A stretch of 64,000 nucleotides of DNA, taken from Fermentimonas sp. (GTDB lineage: Bacteria; Bacteroidota; Bacteroidia; Bacteroidales; Dysgonomonadaceae). How positions within the stretch are numbered: the stretch's first letter is position 1; each line of letters starts with the position of its first letter. The notes under the pieces are model-generated. The model saw nothing but the letters and a program-made list of their open reading frames with translations, ran no database searches and had not been told where the DNA came from. Of the stretch, positions 40,619 through 53,615 are shown piece after piece. Made by a program: the position numbers and the translations under genes. The DNA is taken from NCBI GenBank assembly GCA_028709385.1, contig JAQVXD010000002.1, positions 43,721 through 107,720 on the forward strand, in the 5' to 3' direction.

Positions 40619-42493
40619 ATGGATTTTAATTATGACATAATAGTAGTCGGCGCAGGACATGCCGGTTGCGAAGCAGCAACAGCAGCAGCTAACCTGGGTT
40701 CAAAAACATTGCTTATAACGATGGATATGAACAAAATTGCCCAGATGAGTTGTAATCCTGCAGTCGGCGGCATTGCTAAAGGACAAATTGTTCGTGAAAT
40801 AGATGCTTTGGGCGGTCAGATGGGAATCGTAAGCGATAAGACAGCTATACAGTTTCGCATGCTTAACCGCTCTAAAGGTCCTGCAATGTGGAGTCCGCGA
40901 GTACAAAGCGACAGGGTAAAATTTATTGAAACCTGGCGAGAAATAATTGAAAACACTCCAAATCTTGCTATGTGGCAGGATATGGTAACAGAACTTATAT
41001 TTGACGGAGCAACAGTAATCGGAGTTAAAACCCGTATGGGAGTTGAATTCAGAGCTAAATCTGTTGTTTTAACAAACGGTACATTTCTTAATGGTTTGAT
41101 CCATGTAGGCAAAGTGCAAATTGGCGGAGGCCGTATCGGTGAACCTGCTTCATATGGGATGTCGGAACAGTTGCGAGATTTCGGTTTCAAAACAGACCGT
41201 ATGAAAACGGGTACACCTGTTAGAATTGATGCTAGATCTGTTGACTTCTCAGTGATGGAAGAACAAAAAGGTGATGATGATTTTCATAAATTTTCTTATC
41301 TCCCCGATGTACAGAGATCTTTGGATCAAAAAAGCTGCTGGATTTCATACACAAATGAAGAGGTGCACGAAGCTTTACGAGAGGGATTGGACGACTCACC
41401 GCTATATAATGGCCAGATTCAAAGTATTGGTCCTCGTTACTGCCCAAGCATAGAAACTAAAATTGTAACCTTCTCTGATAAAACCAGCCACCAGTTGTTT
41501 TTAGAACCAGAGGGTGTAAATACTAATGAGTACTATTTAAACGGTTTTTCCTCTTCCCTACCCTTGCAAACTCAGTTGAAAGCACTACAGTTGGTACCCG
41601 CTTTCAGAAATGTTCATATCTTCCGCCCTGGATACGCAATAGAATATGACTTTTTTGACCCAACACAACTAGAGGCCACTTTAGAAACTAAGATGGTAAA
41701 GAACCTGTTCTTTGCAGGTCAGATCAACGGGACAACAGGTTATGAAGAAGCAGCCGGCCAGGGACTGATTGCAGGAATAAATGCGCATATAAACTGTCAC
41801 GGTGGATCGTCATTCACTCTGAGAAGAGACGAAGCATATATTGGTGTACTGATCGATGACCTTATAACCAAGGGTGTGGATGAACCCTACAGAATGTTCA
41901 CCTCTCGTGCTGAATACCGGATTCTTTTACGTCAGGATAATGCCGATGAGAGACTTACTGAAAAGGGGTACAATCTCGGACTTGCTACATCAGAAAGACT
42001 TAACTTCCTCCTTCAAAAAACGGAAACAGTAAATATGATTAAAGAGTTTGTTGACAAGTTTTCTGTTAAAGCAGCTCGTATAAATCCATTTCTGGAAAGT
42101 ATTGGTACAGCACCATTGAAGCATGGGGTAAAACTTGTTGATTTACTAACCAGACCACATATCGATCTGCAACTAATAGCTCAGGAGATAGATCCGCTAA
42201 GAGATTTACTGGACACAATCACTGACCGGAAAGAGGAAGTAATAGAATCGGCTAACATTAAAATTAAATATAGCGGATATATTAAAAGGGAGCAGATTAT
42301 GGCGGACAAGATCACCCGTTTGGAAGACATTTCAATTAAAGACAAATTCAATTACAATGAGATACAATCCTTGTCCACAGAAGCACGACACAAACTAACA
42401 CGAATAAATCCCGAAACTATTGCACAAGCAGGACGTATACCGGGAGTTTCACCTAATGATATTTCTGTACTTCTCATTCTATTAGGCAGATAA
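40619..42493 (+). CDS. mnmG: tRNA uridine-5-carboxymethylaminomethyl(34) synthesis enzyme MnmG (GidA)
   Basis: GAGHAGCEAA, MSCNPAVGG, GPRYCPSIE, AGQINGTTGYEEAA, EPYRMFTSRAEYR. Confidence 0.98.
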   Translation: MDFNYDIIVVGAGHAGCEAATAAANLGSKTLLITMDMNKIAQMSCNPAVGGIAKGQIVREIDALGGQMGIVSDKTAIQFRMLNRSKGPAMWSPRVQSDRVKFIETWREIIENTPNLAMWQDMVTELIFDGATVIGVKTRMGVEFRAKSVVLTNGTFLNGLIHVGKVQIGGGRIGEPASYGMSEQLRDFGFKTDRMKTGTPVRIDARSVDFSVMEEQKGDDDFHKFSYLPDVQRSLDQKSCWISYTNEEVHEALREGLDDSPLYNGQIQSIGPRYCPSIETKIVTFSDKTSHQLFLEPEGVNTNEYYLNGFSSSLPLQTQLKALQLVPAFRNVHIFRPGYAIEYDFFDPTQLEATLETKMVKNLFFAGQINGTTGYEEAAGQGLIAGINAHINCHGGSSFTLRRDEAYIGVLIDDLITKGVDEPYRMFTSRAEYRILLRQDNADERLTEKGYNLGLATSERLNFLLQKTETVNMIKEFVDKFSVKAARINPFLESIGTAPLKHGVKLVDLLTRPHIDLQLIAQEIDPLRDLLDTITDRKEEVIESANIKIKYSGYIKREQIMADKITRLEDISIKDKFNYNEIQSLSTEARHKLTRINPETIAQAGRIPGVSPNDISVLLILLGR

Positions 42494-42502
42494 TACAATA
42501 AA

Positions 42503-42518
42503 TGTTCCACGTGGAACA
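42503..42518. promoter_or_regulatory. parS chromosome-partitioning site
   Basis: Perfect 16-bp palindrome tgttccacgtggaaca fitting the widespread parS consensus, immediately after mnmG. Confidence 0.85.
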
Positions 42519-42545
42519 ATACGAAGTAACTAATTAATAAAAACA

Positions 42546-43070
42546 ATGAGCATAGAAACACTAACAAAATCTGTAAGAAACATCCCTGATTTCCCAATTC
42601 CCGGAATACAGTTTAAAGACATCACTACCCTATTCCAGTCGGCTGAACATTTAAAAGAGCTGAGTGAAATATTATTTGACCAGTACAAAGACAAAGAAAT
42701 TACGAAAGTTGTGGGTATTGAATCCCGCGGTTTTTTTATGGGTCCGGCAACTGCAATTAAACTAAATGCAGGATTTGTTCCGATTCGTAAACCGGGAAAA
42801 CTACCTTATAAGGTAATTGAGGAAACTTACACGAAAGAATATGGAGAAGATGCGATACAGATTCATGAGGACTCTTTAGATAAAAATGATGTCGTATTAC
42901 TCCATGACGACCTCCTTGCAACAGGCGGAACAATGGTTGCTGCATATAATCTTGTGAAAAAACTTGGGGTTAAAAAAATCTATATTAACTTTTTGATTGA
43001 ACTGGAGGATTTAGAAGGTCGTCAGCATTTTCCTTCAGAGGTTGAAATAAATTCAATTATTAAATTTTAA
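42546..43070 (+). CDS. apt: Adenine phosphoribosyltransferase
   Basis: IPDFPIPGIQFKDIT, GIESRGF, RKPGKLP, HDDLLATGGT. Confidence 0.96.
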   Translation: MSIETLTKSVRNIPDFPIPGIQFKDITTLFQSAEHLKELSEILFDQYKDKEITKVVGIESRGFFMGPATAIKLNAGFVPIRKPGKLPYKVIEETYTKEYGEDAIQIHEDSLDKNDVVLLHDDLLATGGTMVAAYNLVKKLGVKKIYINFLIELEDLEGRQHFPSEVEINSIIKF

Positions 43071-43103
43071 TCTCTCAACTTGTTGAATATACATTGTTAA
43101 GAA

Positions 43104-44906
43104 ATGAACGATGACATTAGAAATACACTTGCGGTGATTCCTAACCAACCGGGTTGTTACCAGTTTTTTGATGATAAAGGAACGGTAATATATGTTGGTA
43201 AGGCTAAGGATCTGAAAAGGCGTGTTTCTTCTTATTTCAATAAAAACCATGATCATCCTAAAACAAGGATATTAGTACGTAATATACGGAATATAAAATA
43301 CATTGTTGTAAATACAGAAGAAGACACTTTCCTGCTGGAAAACAATCTTATTAAAAAACTGAAACCGCGTTACAATGTAATGCTGAAGGATGATAAGACC
43401 TACCCTTCTATAGTAATTAAAAATGAATTCTTCCCCCGTGTATATAAAACCCGCAATATTGTAAAAGATGGCTCTAAATATTATGGCCCATATACATCTG
43501 TACTTTCAGTAAATGCTCTTCTTGAAATAGTAAGAAAGGTTTATAAAATAAGAACATGCAGACTAAACCTTTCTCCTGAAAATATTGCAGCTGGTAAATT
43601 TAAGGTATGTCTGGAGTATCATATAAATCGATGCAAAGGACCTTGTGAAGGACTACAATCATTGGAAGATTACAATAATAATATTAGTGAAATAAATGAA
43701 ATACTTAAAGGAAATGTTTCAATAATCGAAAAACAAGTGCTTGCCAGAATGGATGAACTTTCTGCAGAAATGAGATATGAAGAAGCACATGAACTTAAGG
43801 AAAAACTGCTTTTAATTCAAAACTTCAGAGAAAAATCACAGGTGGTCAGCAATATAAATTACAATCTTGATGTCTTCTCTTTTGAAGAAGATGAAAACTC
43901 TGCTTTTATTAACTATCTCCATGTTGTAAATGGAGGAATAAATCAAGCCTATACATTTGAATATAAAAAGAAACTTGACGAGAGTCCTGAAGAATTGCTT
44001 GGCTTAGGAATTATTGAAATGAGACAACGTTTCGGGAGTAACTCGAAAGAGATAATTGTGCCATTTGTACCTGATCTAAAATTAACAAATGTTGATTTTA
44101 CTATCCCTCAGAAAGGTGATAAAAAGAAATTAATGTCGCTTTCAGAAAAAAATGTAAAGCAGTATAAAATTGATAAACTGAAGAAAGCAGAGATGTTAAA
44201 TCCTGAACAAAGGGTTACAAGAATTTTAACCACCGTTAAAAAAGATTTACATCTGAAAGATCTTCCATTACATATAGAATGCTTTGACAATTCCAATATT
44301 CAAGGCACTAACCCCGTAGCTGCATGTGTAGTTTTTAAAAAAGTCAAACCTTCGAAGAAAGATTACAGACATTACAATATAAAAGGCGTTATAGGGCCCG
44401 ATGATTACGCATCAATGCGAGAAGTTGTTGAAAGACGCTATTCTCGGCTGCTTAACGAAGGTGAATCTTTGCCACAACTCATTGTAATTGACGGCGGTAA
44501 GGGTCAATTAAGTGCTGCTGTAAATTCTCTTCAGAAAATTGGGCTATACGGAAAAATAGCAATAATTGGTATTGCAGAACGATTAGAAGAGATTTATTTC
44601 CCTGATGACCCTGTTCCTCTCTATATTGATAAAAATTCAGAAACACTAAAACTTATTCAGCAACTGAGAGACGAAGCTCATAGATTTGGTTTGACTTTTC
44701 ACAGAAAAAAAAGGAGTAAGGCACAAGTTACTTCAGAACTTGATTCAATTAAAGGTATAGGTAAAGAAACAAAGAAAAAATTATTGTTACATTTTAAAAG
44801 TACTAAAAGAGTAAAAGAATCCGGTAAAGATGAAATAATAAATTTGCTTGGGAAAAACAGAGGGGAAATTATTTGGAATTGGATAAACAGTAAAGAAAAA
44901 AAATAG
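43104..44906 (+). CDS. uvrC: Excinuclease ABC subunit C
   Basis: GIY-YIG 'PGCYQF..IYVGKAKDLKRRV', ECFDNSN, DDYASM, IDGGKGQL, RDEAHRF, HhH. Confidence 0.97.
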   Translation: MNDDIRNTLAVIPNQPGCYQFFDDKGTVIYVGKAKDLKRRVSSYFNKNHDHPKTRILVRNIRNIKYIVVNTEEDTFLLENNLIKKLKPRYNVMLKDDKTYPSIVIKNEFFPRVYKTRNIVKDGSKYYGPYTSVLSVNALLEIVRKVYKIRTCRLNLSPENIAAGKFKVCLEYHINRCKGPCEGLQSLEDYNNNISEINEILKGNVSIIEKQVLARMDELSAEMRYEEAHELKEKLLLIQNFREKSQVVSNINYNLDVFSFEEDENSAFINYLHVVNGGINQAYTFEYKKKLDESPEELLGLGIIEMRQRFGSNSKEIIVPFVPDLKLTNVDFTIPQKGDKKKLMSLSEKNVKQYKIDKLKKAEMLNPEQRVTRILTTVKKDLHLKDLPLHIECFDNSNIQGTNPVAACVVFKKVKPSKKDYRHYNIKGVIGPDDYASMREVVERRYSRLLNEGESLPQLIVIDGGKGQLSAAVNSLQKIGLYGKIAIIGIAERLEEIYFPDDPVPLYIDKNSETLKLIQQLRDEAHRFGLTFHRKKRSKAQVTSELDSIKGIGKETKKKLLLHFKSTKRVKESGKDEIINLLGKNRGEIIWNWINSKEKK

Positions 44907-44908
44907 AA

Positions 44909-45361
44909 ATGCGAGTTTTAATACAGAGGGTATCAGAGGCATCTGTTCAAATAGATGGAGAAATAAAGAGCAAGATAGATGAAGGCCTATTGATTTTTGT
45001 TGGTATAGAAGAAAATGACGGAAAAGAAGATATAGATTTTTTAGCGAAAAAGAGTGTTAATTTGCGTATATTTGATGACGAAAACGGAGTGATGAATCGT
45101 TCAATATTAGATTCCGGAGGGGATATACTAGTTGTTTCTCAGTTCACCTTACATGCAAGTACAAAAAAAGGTAATCGACCTTCATATATTAAAGCTGCCA
45201 AGCCCGAGATTTCGATACCTTTGTATGAAGAATTTTGTGCAGAATTGTCCAAATTGCTTCATAAGCAAGTTCAAACAGGTGAGTTTGGAGCAGATATGAA
45301 AGTAAAACTTCTGAATGATGGTCCTGTAACTATATGGATTGACTCTAAAAACAGGGAGTGA
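44909..45361 (+). CDS. dtd: D-aminoacyl-tRNA deacylase
   Basis: QRV, SQFTL, GNRPS, NDGPVT. Confidence 0.96.
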   Translation: MRVLIQRVSEASVQIDGEIKSKIDEGLLIFVGIEENDGKEDIDFLAKKSVNLRIFDDENGVMNRSILDSGGDILVVSQFTLHASTKKGNRPSYIKAAKPEISIPLYEEFCAELSKLLHKQVQTGEFGADMKVKLLNDGPVTIWIDSKNRE

Positions 45362-45423
45362 GGTTTTTTACTCTATAATTTTGGTTTAATTTCTTTTTTT
45401 TAACCTCTGTAAATAGATAATTT

Positions 45424-45753
45424 ATGACTATTCGTGATGCACAAATAAAGGTAGATGAATGGATTAAAACGTATGGGGTGCGTTATTTTGGCGAACTTAC
45501 CAACATGACTTTACTAACTGAGGAAGTGGGTGAGTTGGCACGAATTATGGCAAGGACTTATGGGGAACAATCATTCAAAAAATCTGATTTATCAAAAAAT
45601 CTCTCAGAAGAAATTGGTGATGTTCTCTGGGTATTGATATGTATTGCTAATCAAACTGGAGTTGACCTTGAGGAATCTTTTCGTAAAAGTATGGAGAAAA
45701 AAACAGCAAGGGATGCCACAAGACATTTGGATAATGAAAAATTAAAATCTTAA
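45424..45753 (+). CDS. MazG-like nucleotide pyrophosphohydrolase
   Basis: LTEEVGELAR...EEIGDVL. Confidence 0.9.
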   Translation: MTIRDAQIKVDEWIKTYGVRYFGELTNMTLLTEEVGELARIMARTYGEQSFKKSDLSKNLSEEIGDVLWVLICIANQTGVDLEESFRKSMEKKTARDATRHLDNEKLKS

Positions 45754-45804
45754 TCTACGGTGTTGAAAAGGAAAAATATTTAACAAAATAAATAACCGAA
45801 TTAA

Positions 45805-46677
45805 ATGGAAGATAATAAATACTTAGAAGCTTTGAAAAAGCATCCGCTGAAATTTTCAGATGAGGAAACAAAAACAAGAGTTGAACAGCTTCTTGCATCT
45901 GAGTTTGACAAAAACAACGTATATGAGGTTTACAAAACACTTTACACTTGCATTGATCAAACATCACTAAACTCAACTGATACTAAAGAACATATTTGGA
46001 ATTTCACAGAAAAAATAAACTCTTTTGAAGGTTCTGACCCTGAGATAAGCAATGTTGCTGCTATCTGTGTTTACCCAAATTTCGTACAGACAGTGAAAGA
46101 ATCACTTACTGCTGATGTAAAAATAGCATCAGTAGCAGGAGGATTTCCATCCTCTCAGACTTTTATAGAGGTTAAGGTAGCAGAGGCTTCGCTGGCTTTA
46201 TCAGACGGTGCGGATGAAATTGATATTGTTATAAATGCAGGACTGTTTCTGGATGAATATTATCAGGAATTTTCCGAAGAGATATCAGAGTTAAAAGAGG
46301 TTTGTAAAAATAGAACTCTCAAGGTGATATTGGAAACCGGCGCACTGATTACTGCTAAAAATATACACAATGCAGCAATTTTATCTATGTACTCAGGTGC
46401 TGATTTTCTTAAAACTTCGACTGGTAAGGGTTATAACGGAGCTACTCCTGAAGCTGTTTTTACGATGTGCCATGCAATAAAATCTTATTACAAAGCAACT
46501 TCTAATAAAATTGGAATTAAAGTGTCCGGTGGCGTTTCCACACCTGAAGATGCAGTGAAATATTATACAATTGTAAATGAGATACTTGGTGAGGAATGGT
46601 GTAATAAGGAACTATTCAGAATAGGTACAAGTAGTCTGTCTGACAAACTTTACAATAAGATTGCAAAAGAGAGATAA
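45805..46677 (+). CDS. deoC: Deoxyribose-phosphate aldolase
   Basis: AAICVYP, GADEIDIV, LKVILETG, FLKTSTGK, KVSGG, FRIGTSSL. Confidence 0.95.
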   Translation: MEDNKYLEALKKHPLKFSDEETKTRVEQLLASEFDKNNVYEVYKTLYTCIDQTSLNSTDTKEHIWNFTEKINSFEGSDPEISNVAAICVYPNFVQTVKESLTADVKIASVAGGFPSSQTFIEVKVAEASLALSDGADEIDIVINAGLFLDEYYQEFSEEISELKEVCKNRTLKVILETGALITAKNIHNAAILSMYSGADFLKTSTGKGYNGATPEAVFTMCHAIKSYYKATSNKIGIKVSGGVSTPEDAVKYYTIVNEILGEEWCNKELFRIGTSSLSDKLYNKIAKER

Positions 46678-46684
46678 TTATTAA

Positions 46685-50095
<3,411 letters not shown>

Positions 50096-50193
50096 ATTAA
50101 TATAGATATAGATATAGCTTTAAATTAATTTAGAAAGAAGATTATTATAAAGCTGGAAAGAAGATTAAGAGAAAAAGAATATATTTGAGTATT

Positions 50194-50224
50194 AAGGCGG
50201 ACAATTATCTTGTCCGCCTTTTTT
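50194..50224 (+). terminator. Rho-independent terminator
   Basis: aaggcggacaa-ttatc-ttgtccgcctt followed by tttt. Confidence 0.85.
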
Positions 50225-50316
50225 GGTGTCAATCTTAATAAATTTGTAACAGGAATAACTAAACAAAAGCATATATGTAATGTTTTATGATATTATACAA
50301 ACATAAAATTTAGACA

Positions 50317-51888
50317 ATGAAGAAAAACTTAACAACACTAATACTCTTAATAGTAATAAGTATAGCTGCTTATTCACAACAGGTGGCTAAAGGGTATGTG
50401 TATGATGATGTTAACAAAAACGGTAAAAAAGATCGTAAAGAGATAGGTATCTCAAGTATAGGCGTTTCTAATGGCAGAGATGTTGTTTTAACTGATGAAG
50501 ACGGTTATTATTCAATTACTGTGAATGAGGGGAACACTATTTTTATAATCAAACCTTCAGGGTATGAGATTCCGGTGGATAAGGATTTTATCCCACAGTT
50601 TTATTATCACTATAATCCTTTGGGATCTGATAAGGATTTTGAGTTTAAAGGTATAGAACCTACAGGCAAATTGCCTTCATCAATAGACTTTGCACTTTAC
50701 AAATATGATGAGCCTGATAATTACAGTGTTGTAGTTTTTGGAGACCCTCAACCCTACTCTATTGAGGATCTTGATTATTTTACAGAAAAGATTGTCAAAG
50801 ATGTAGAAAAAAAAGAAAATACATTGTTTGGCATAAGTCTGGGTGATATCGTCGGTGATAACCTGAACCTCCAACCGTTTTACAAAGAGCGTATGAGACT
50901 TTTACAGCTTCCCTGGTACAATGTCATGGGAAATCACGACATGAATTATGACGCAACATCTGATATTCTGTCCGACGAGACATTTAAAAAGAATTTTGGA
51001 AGTGCGAATTATGCTTTTAATTATGGCAACGCTCATTTCATCATTCTTGACAATATTCTATATCCTGACCCAAGAGACGGAAGAGGATACTGGGGCGGTT
51101 ATCGACTTGATCAACTGCAGTTTTTGGAAAATAATCTTAAAAACGTTCCAAAGGATAAGCTGATTATTCTCTCTCAACATATTCCAATGAAAGATAATTC
51201 CGGAAATTCATATCGCCTTGAAGACAGACAGAGAGTTTTTGATATGTTACAGGAGTTCGATAATGTTTTAATAATGTCAGCACATACTCATTTACAGCAA
51301 CAAATAGAGTACACTGAAATTGAAGGTTGGAAAGGTAATAAACCGTTGCATGAATATAATGCAGGCACTACATCCGGTGACTGGTATTCAGGAAAGCACA
51401 ATGAGGAAGGTTTACCTGACGCAACCATGCGGGATGGTACACCACAAGGCTATGCTTTTCTTAATGTAAAAAATAATAATTACAATATAAATTATCAGGT
51501 TGCAGGCAGTGACAGAGATCATCAAATGAACATTTATGCTCCAAAAACTGTACAACATAAAGGAAGAACGACTTCTCAGATTGTTGTCAACTTTTTTATG
51601 GGCAGTGAAGGTGATAATGTAAAATACAGAATTGACGACGGCCAGTGGAAAGATATGCGTTATACGCAGGCAGTTGATCCTAGTTATAATCTAAAGCTTA
51701 TTGAATGGGACCTTACAGAGGAATTACTTTCGGGTCGCCGTCCATCTAACGCAGTAAACAGCACGCACCTTTGGTATGGTCTGCTAAACCTTGATCTTCC
51801 GGTAGGAGAGCATAAAATAGAGGTGGAGGCAACAGACAGATTTGGAAAAACATACAGGGGTGTGAAAACATACATGATTTTAGAATAA
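50317..51888 (+). CDS. Secreted calcineurin-like metallophosphoesterase with N- and C-terminal accessory domains
   Basis: GDPQ, LGDIV, GNHD, HIP, AHTH, GDWYSG, DGTPQGY. Confidence 0.9.
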   Translation: MKKNLTTLILLIVISIAAYSQQVAKGYVYDDVNKNGKKDRKEIGISSIGVSNGRDVVLTDEDGYYSITVNEGNTIFIIKPSGYEIPVDKDFIPQFYYHYNPLGSDKDFEFKGIEPTGKLPSSIDFALYKYDEPDNYSVVVFGDPQPYSIEDLDYFTEKIVKDVEKKENTLFGISLGDIVGDNLNLQPFYKERMRLLQLPWYNVMGNHDMNYDATSDILSDETFKKNFGSANYAFNYGNAHFIILDNILYPDPRDGRGYWGGYRLDQLQFLENNLKNVPKDKLIILSQHIPMKDNSGNSYRLEDRQRVFDMLQEFDNVLIMSAHTHLQQQIEYTEIEGWKGNKPLHEYNAGTTSGDWYSGKHNEEGLPDATMRDGTPQGYAFLNVKNNNYNINYQVAGSDRDHQMNIYAPKTVQHKGRTTSQIVVNFFMGSEGDNVKYRIDDGQWKDMRYTQAVDPSYNLKLIEWDLTEELLSGRRPSNAVNSTHLWYGLLNLDLPVGEHKIEVEATDRFGKTYRGVKTYMILE

Positions 51889-51987
51889 TGAGTCGACTCT
51901 GCCGTTTTGTCTGCTTTTTTACTGATTTATCAAGGTTTTATTGAATAATTGCGCCATATTGACATCTTTTAAGCGTTGTTTTTCTAT

Positions 51988-52002
51988 CGGCACATCATTT
52001 GC
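51988..52002 (+). promoter_or_regulatory. Candidate sigma54 (-24/-12) promoter of hsp20
   Basis: cGGCACatcatTTGC has exact GG-N10-GC spacing and fits TGGCAC-N5-TTGC except at the first base. Confidence 0.5.
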
Positions 52003-52050
52003 CGATATAATATTGTAAGTTAAATAACAATTAAAGAAAGGATAAATATT

Positions 52051-52476
52051 ATGGCAATTATTAGAAGAACAAACAGCTGGTTACCAAGTGTTTTTAATGA
52101 TTTTTTTGGTAACGAATGGATGGAAAACAGTACAAAATCTGTTCCTGCTGTAAATATTCAGCAAAATGACAAAGGCTTTACTGTAGAGGTAGCAGCCCCC
52201 GGAATGACCAAGGAAGACTGTGACGTGAGGCTGGACGAGAATAATAATCTGGTTATCTCTTTTGAGAAGAAATCAGAAAATGAAGATAAGGACAACAAAG
52301 GTGCTTATCTAAGACGAGAGTTCTCATATTCTCAATTCAAGAGAACAATGCTTCTTCCGGATGATATCGATAAAGATAAAATTTCAGCTAAGGTAAAAGA
52401 TGGTGTACTAAACGTCGAAATACCTACTCTTAAAGAGAAAAAAACATTAAAGGAAAAACTGATTGAAATTAAGTAA
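52051..52476 (+). CDS. Hsp20/alpha-crystallin small heat-shock protein
   Basis: PAVNI, VAAPGMTKED, RREFSYSQFKR..LPDD, DGVLNVEIP, C-terminal IEI. Confidence 0.95.
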   Translation: MAIIRRTNSWLPSVFNDFFGNEWMENSTKSVPAVNIQQNDKGFTVEVAAPGMTKEDCDVRLDENNNLVISFEKKSENEDKDNKGAYLRREFSYSQFKRTMLLPDDIDKDKISAKVKDGVLNVEIPTLKEKKTLKEKLIEIK

Positions 52477-52513
52477 ACAGTATAGCAGTATTTAAATCAG
52501 TTTAAATTATAAT

Positions 52514-52544
52514 GGGTGGATTATTTTATTAATTCACCCTTTTT
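52514..52544. terminator. Terminator between convergent hsp20 and polyprenyl synthase genes
   Basis: gggtgga...ttcaccc followed by tttttt. Confidence 0.6.
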
Positions 52545-53521
52545 TAATTTGTTCTGTTCCTGAGATATGAAAGAAACGTTTTCATATACATCTTAACTTC
52601 ATTGTCATATTTGAATGCCGATATGATTTGTTCAGCCTCTTCAAGAAGAATATCTATCTTTTTATTTGCCTCATCAATACCATGGTACTTTTTGGTGAAT
52701 TCGAGTAACGTTTCGATATTTTCTTCACTGTATTCTCTTAAGTTAAGTATATCAAGCATTGAAGAACTGTCTGATTCTGGTGCATTCTTGAGTGCATATA
52801 TAAGAGGCAGTGTAATTTTCCCTTCCCGGATATCTTTACCGGTAGGCTTGCCTACATCAACTTTAAAGTAGTCAAATATATCATCTTTGATCTGAAAACA
52901 TATTCCAAGTATAGTACCTATACGAGTAAATTGAGAAATGAGCTCTTTTTCAGCACCTCCGGTAATAGCTCCGATAGCAAGACTTGCCCGAATCAGTGAT
53001 GCAGTTTTTTTATCGATAACTTCGAAGTAAGCATCCTCATCAATTATGACCTCACTGGCAAGAGAATACTGAGCAAGTTCTCCGGAAGCAAGATTTTGTC
53101 CTAGCTCGGCTATTATTTTAACTATCTCAAGATTTTTTGTTTTAACACTCTCTGCTAATGCAGTTGAAAGCAGATAGTCTCCTACCAGAACTGCTCTTGT
53201 ATTATCATAAACGGCATTCATTGACCTTCTTCCGCGACGTAAATCAGAACGGTCTATAACATCATCATGAACAAGAGTTGCTGTATGCAAAAGCTCTATT
53301 GTTACGGCTCCATGGTATGTTTCGGGGGTTATGTTTCCGCATGCTTTAGCAGTCATCAGAACTAAAGTAGGTCTCAAACGTTTTCCATTTGTACTAAAAA
53401 CGTATGAAATCATTTCTGAAAGAAGTGGGTTTTTGTTTTTAATTGATTCTTGCAAATATTTATCGAAAACAAACAACTCTTCCTGAAGAAAATCCTTTAT
53501 TAGCTGACTTTGATCCATCAC
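52544..53521 (-). CDS. Polyprenyl diphosphate synthase (IspB/HepT-like)
   Basis: GKRLRP, LVHDDVID..RRG (first aspartate-rich motif), KKTA, FQIKDDIFD (second). Confidence 0.93.
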   Translation of the reverse strand: MMDQSQLIKDFLQEELFVFDKYLQESIKNKNPLLSEMISYVFSTNGKRLRPTLVLMTAKACGNITPETYHGAVTIELLHTATLVHDDVIDRSDLRRGRRSMNAVYDNTRAVLVGDYLLSTALAESVKTKNLEIVKIIAELGQNLASGELAQYSLASEVIIDEDAYFEVIDKKTASLIRASLAIGAITGGAEKELISQFTRIGTILGICFQIKDDIFDYFKVDVGKPTGKDIREGKITLPLIYALKNAPESDSSSMLDILNLREYSEENIETLLEFTKKYHGIDEANKKIDILLEEAEQIISAFKYDNEVKMYMKTFLSYLRNRTN

Positions 53522-53615
53522 ATACTAAATTAAACGTACAAAAGTAAAAATAATTCTACTCATAGCAACAAATATTCGTAACTTTACCACTCCTAACGCT
53601 ATTTTAGAGAAATTT

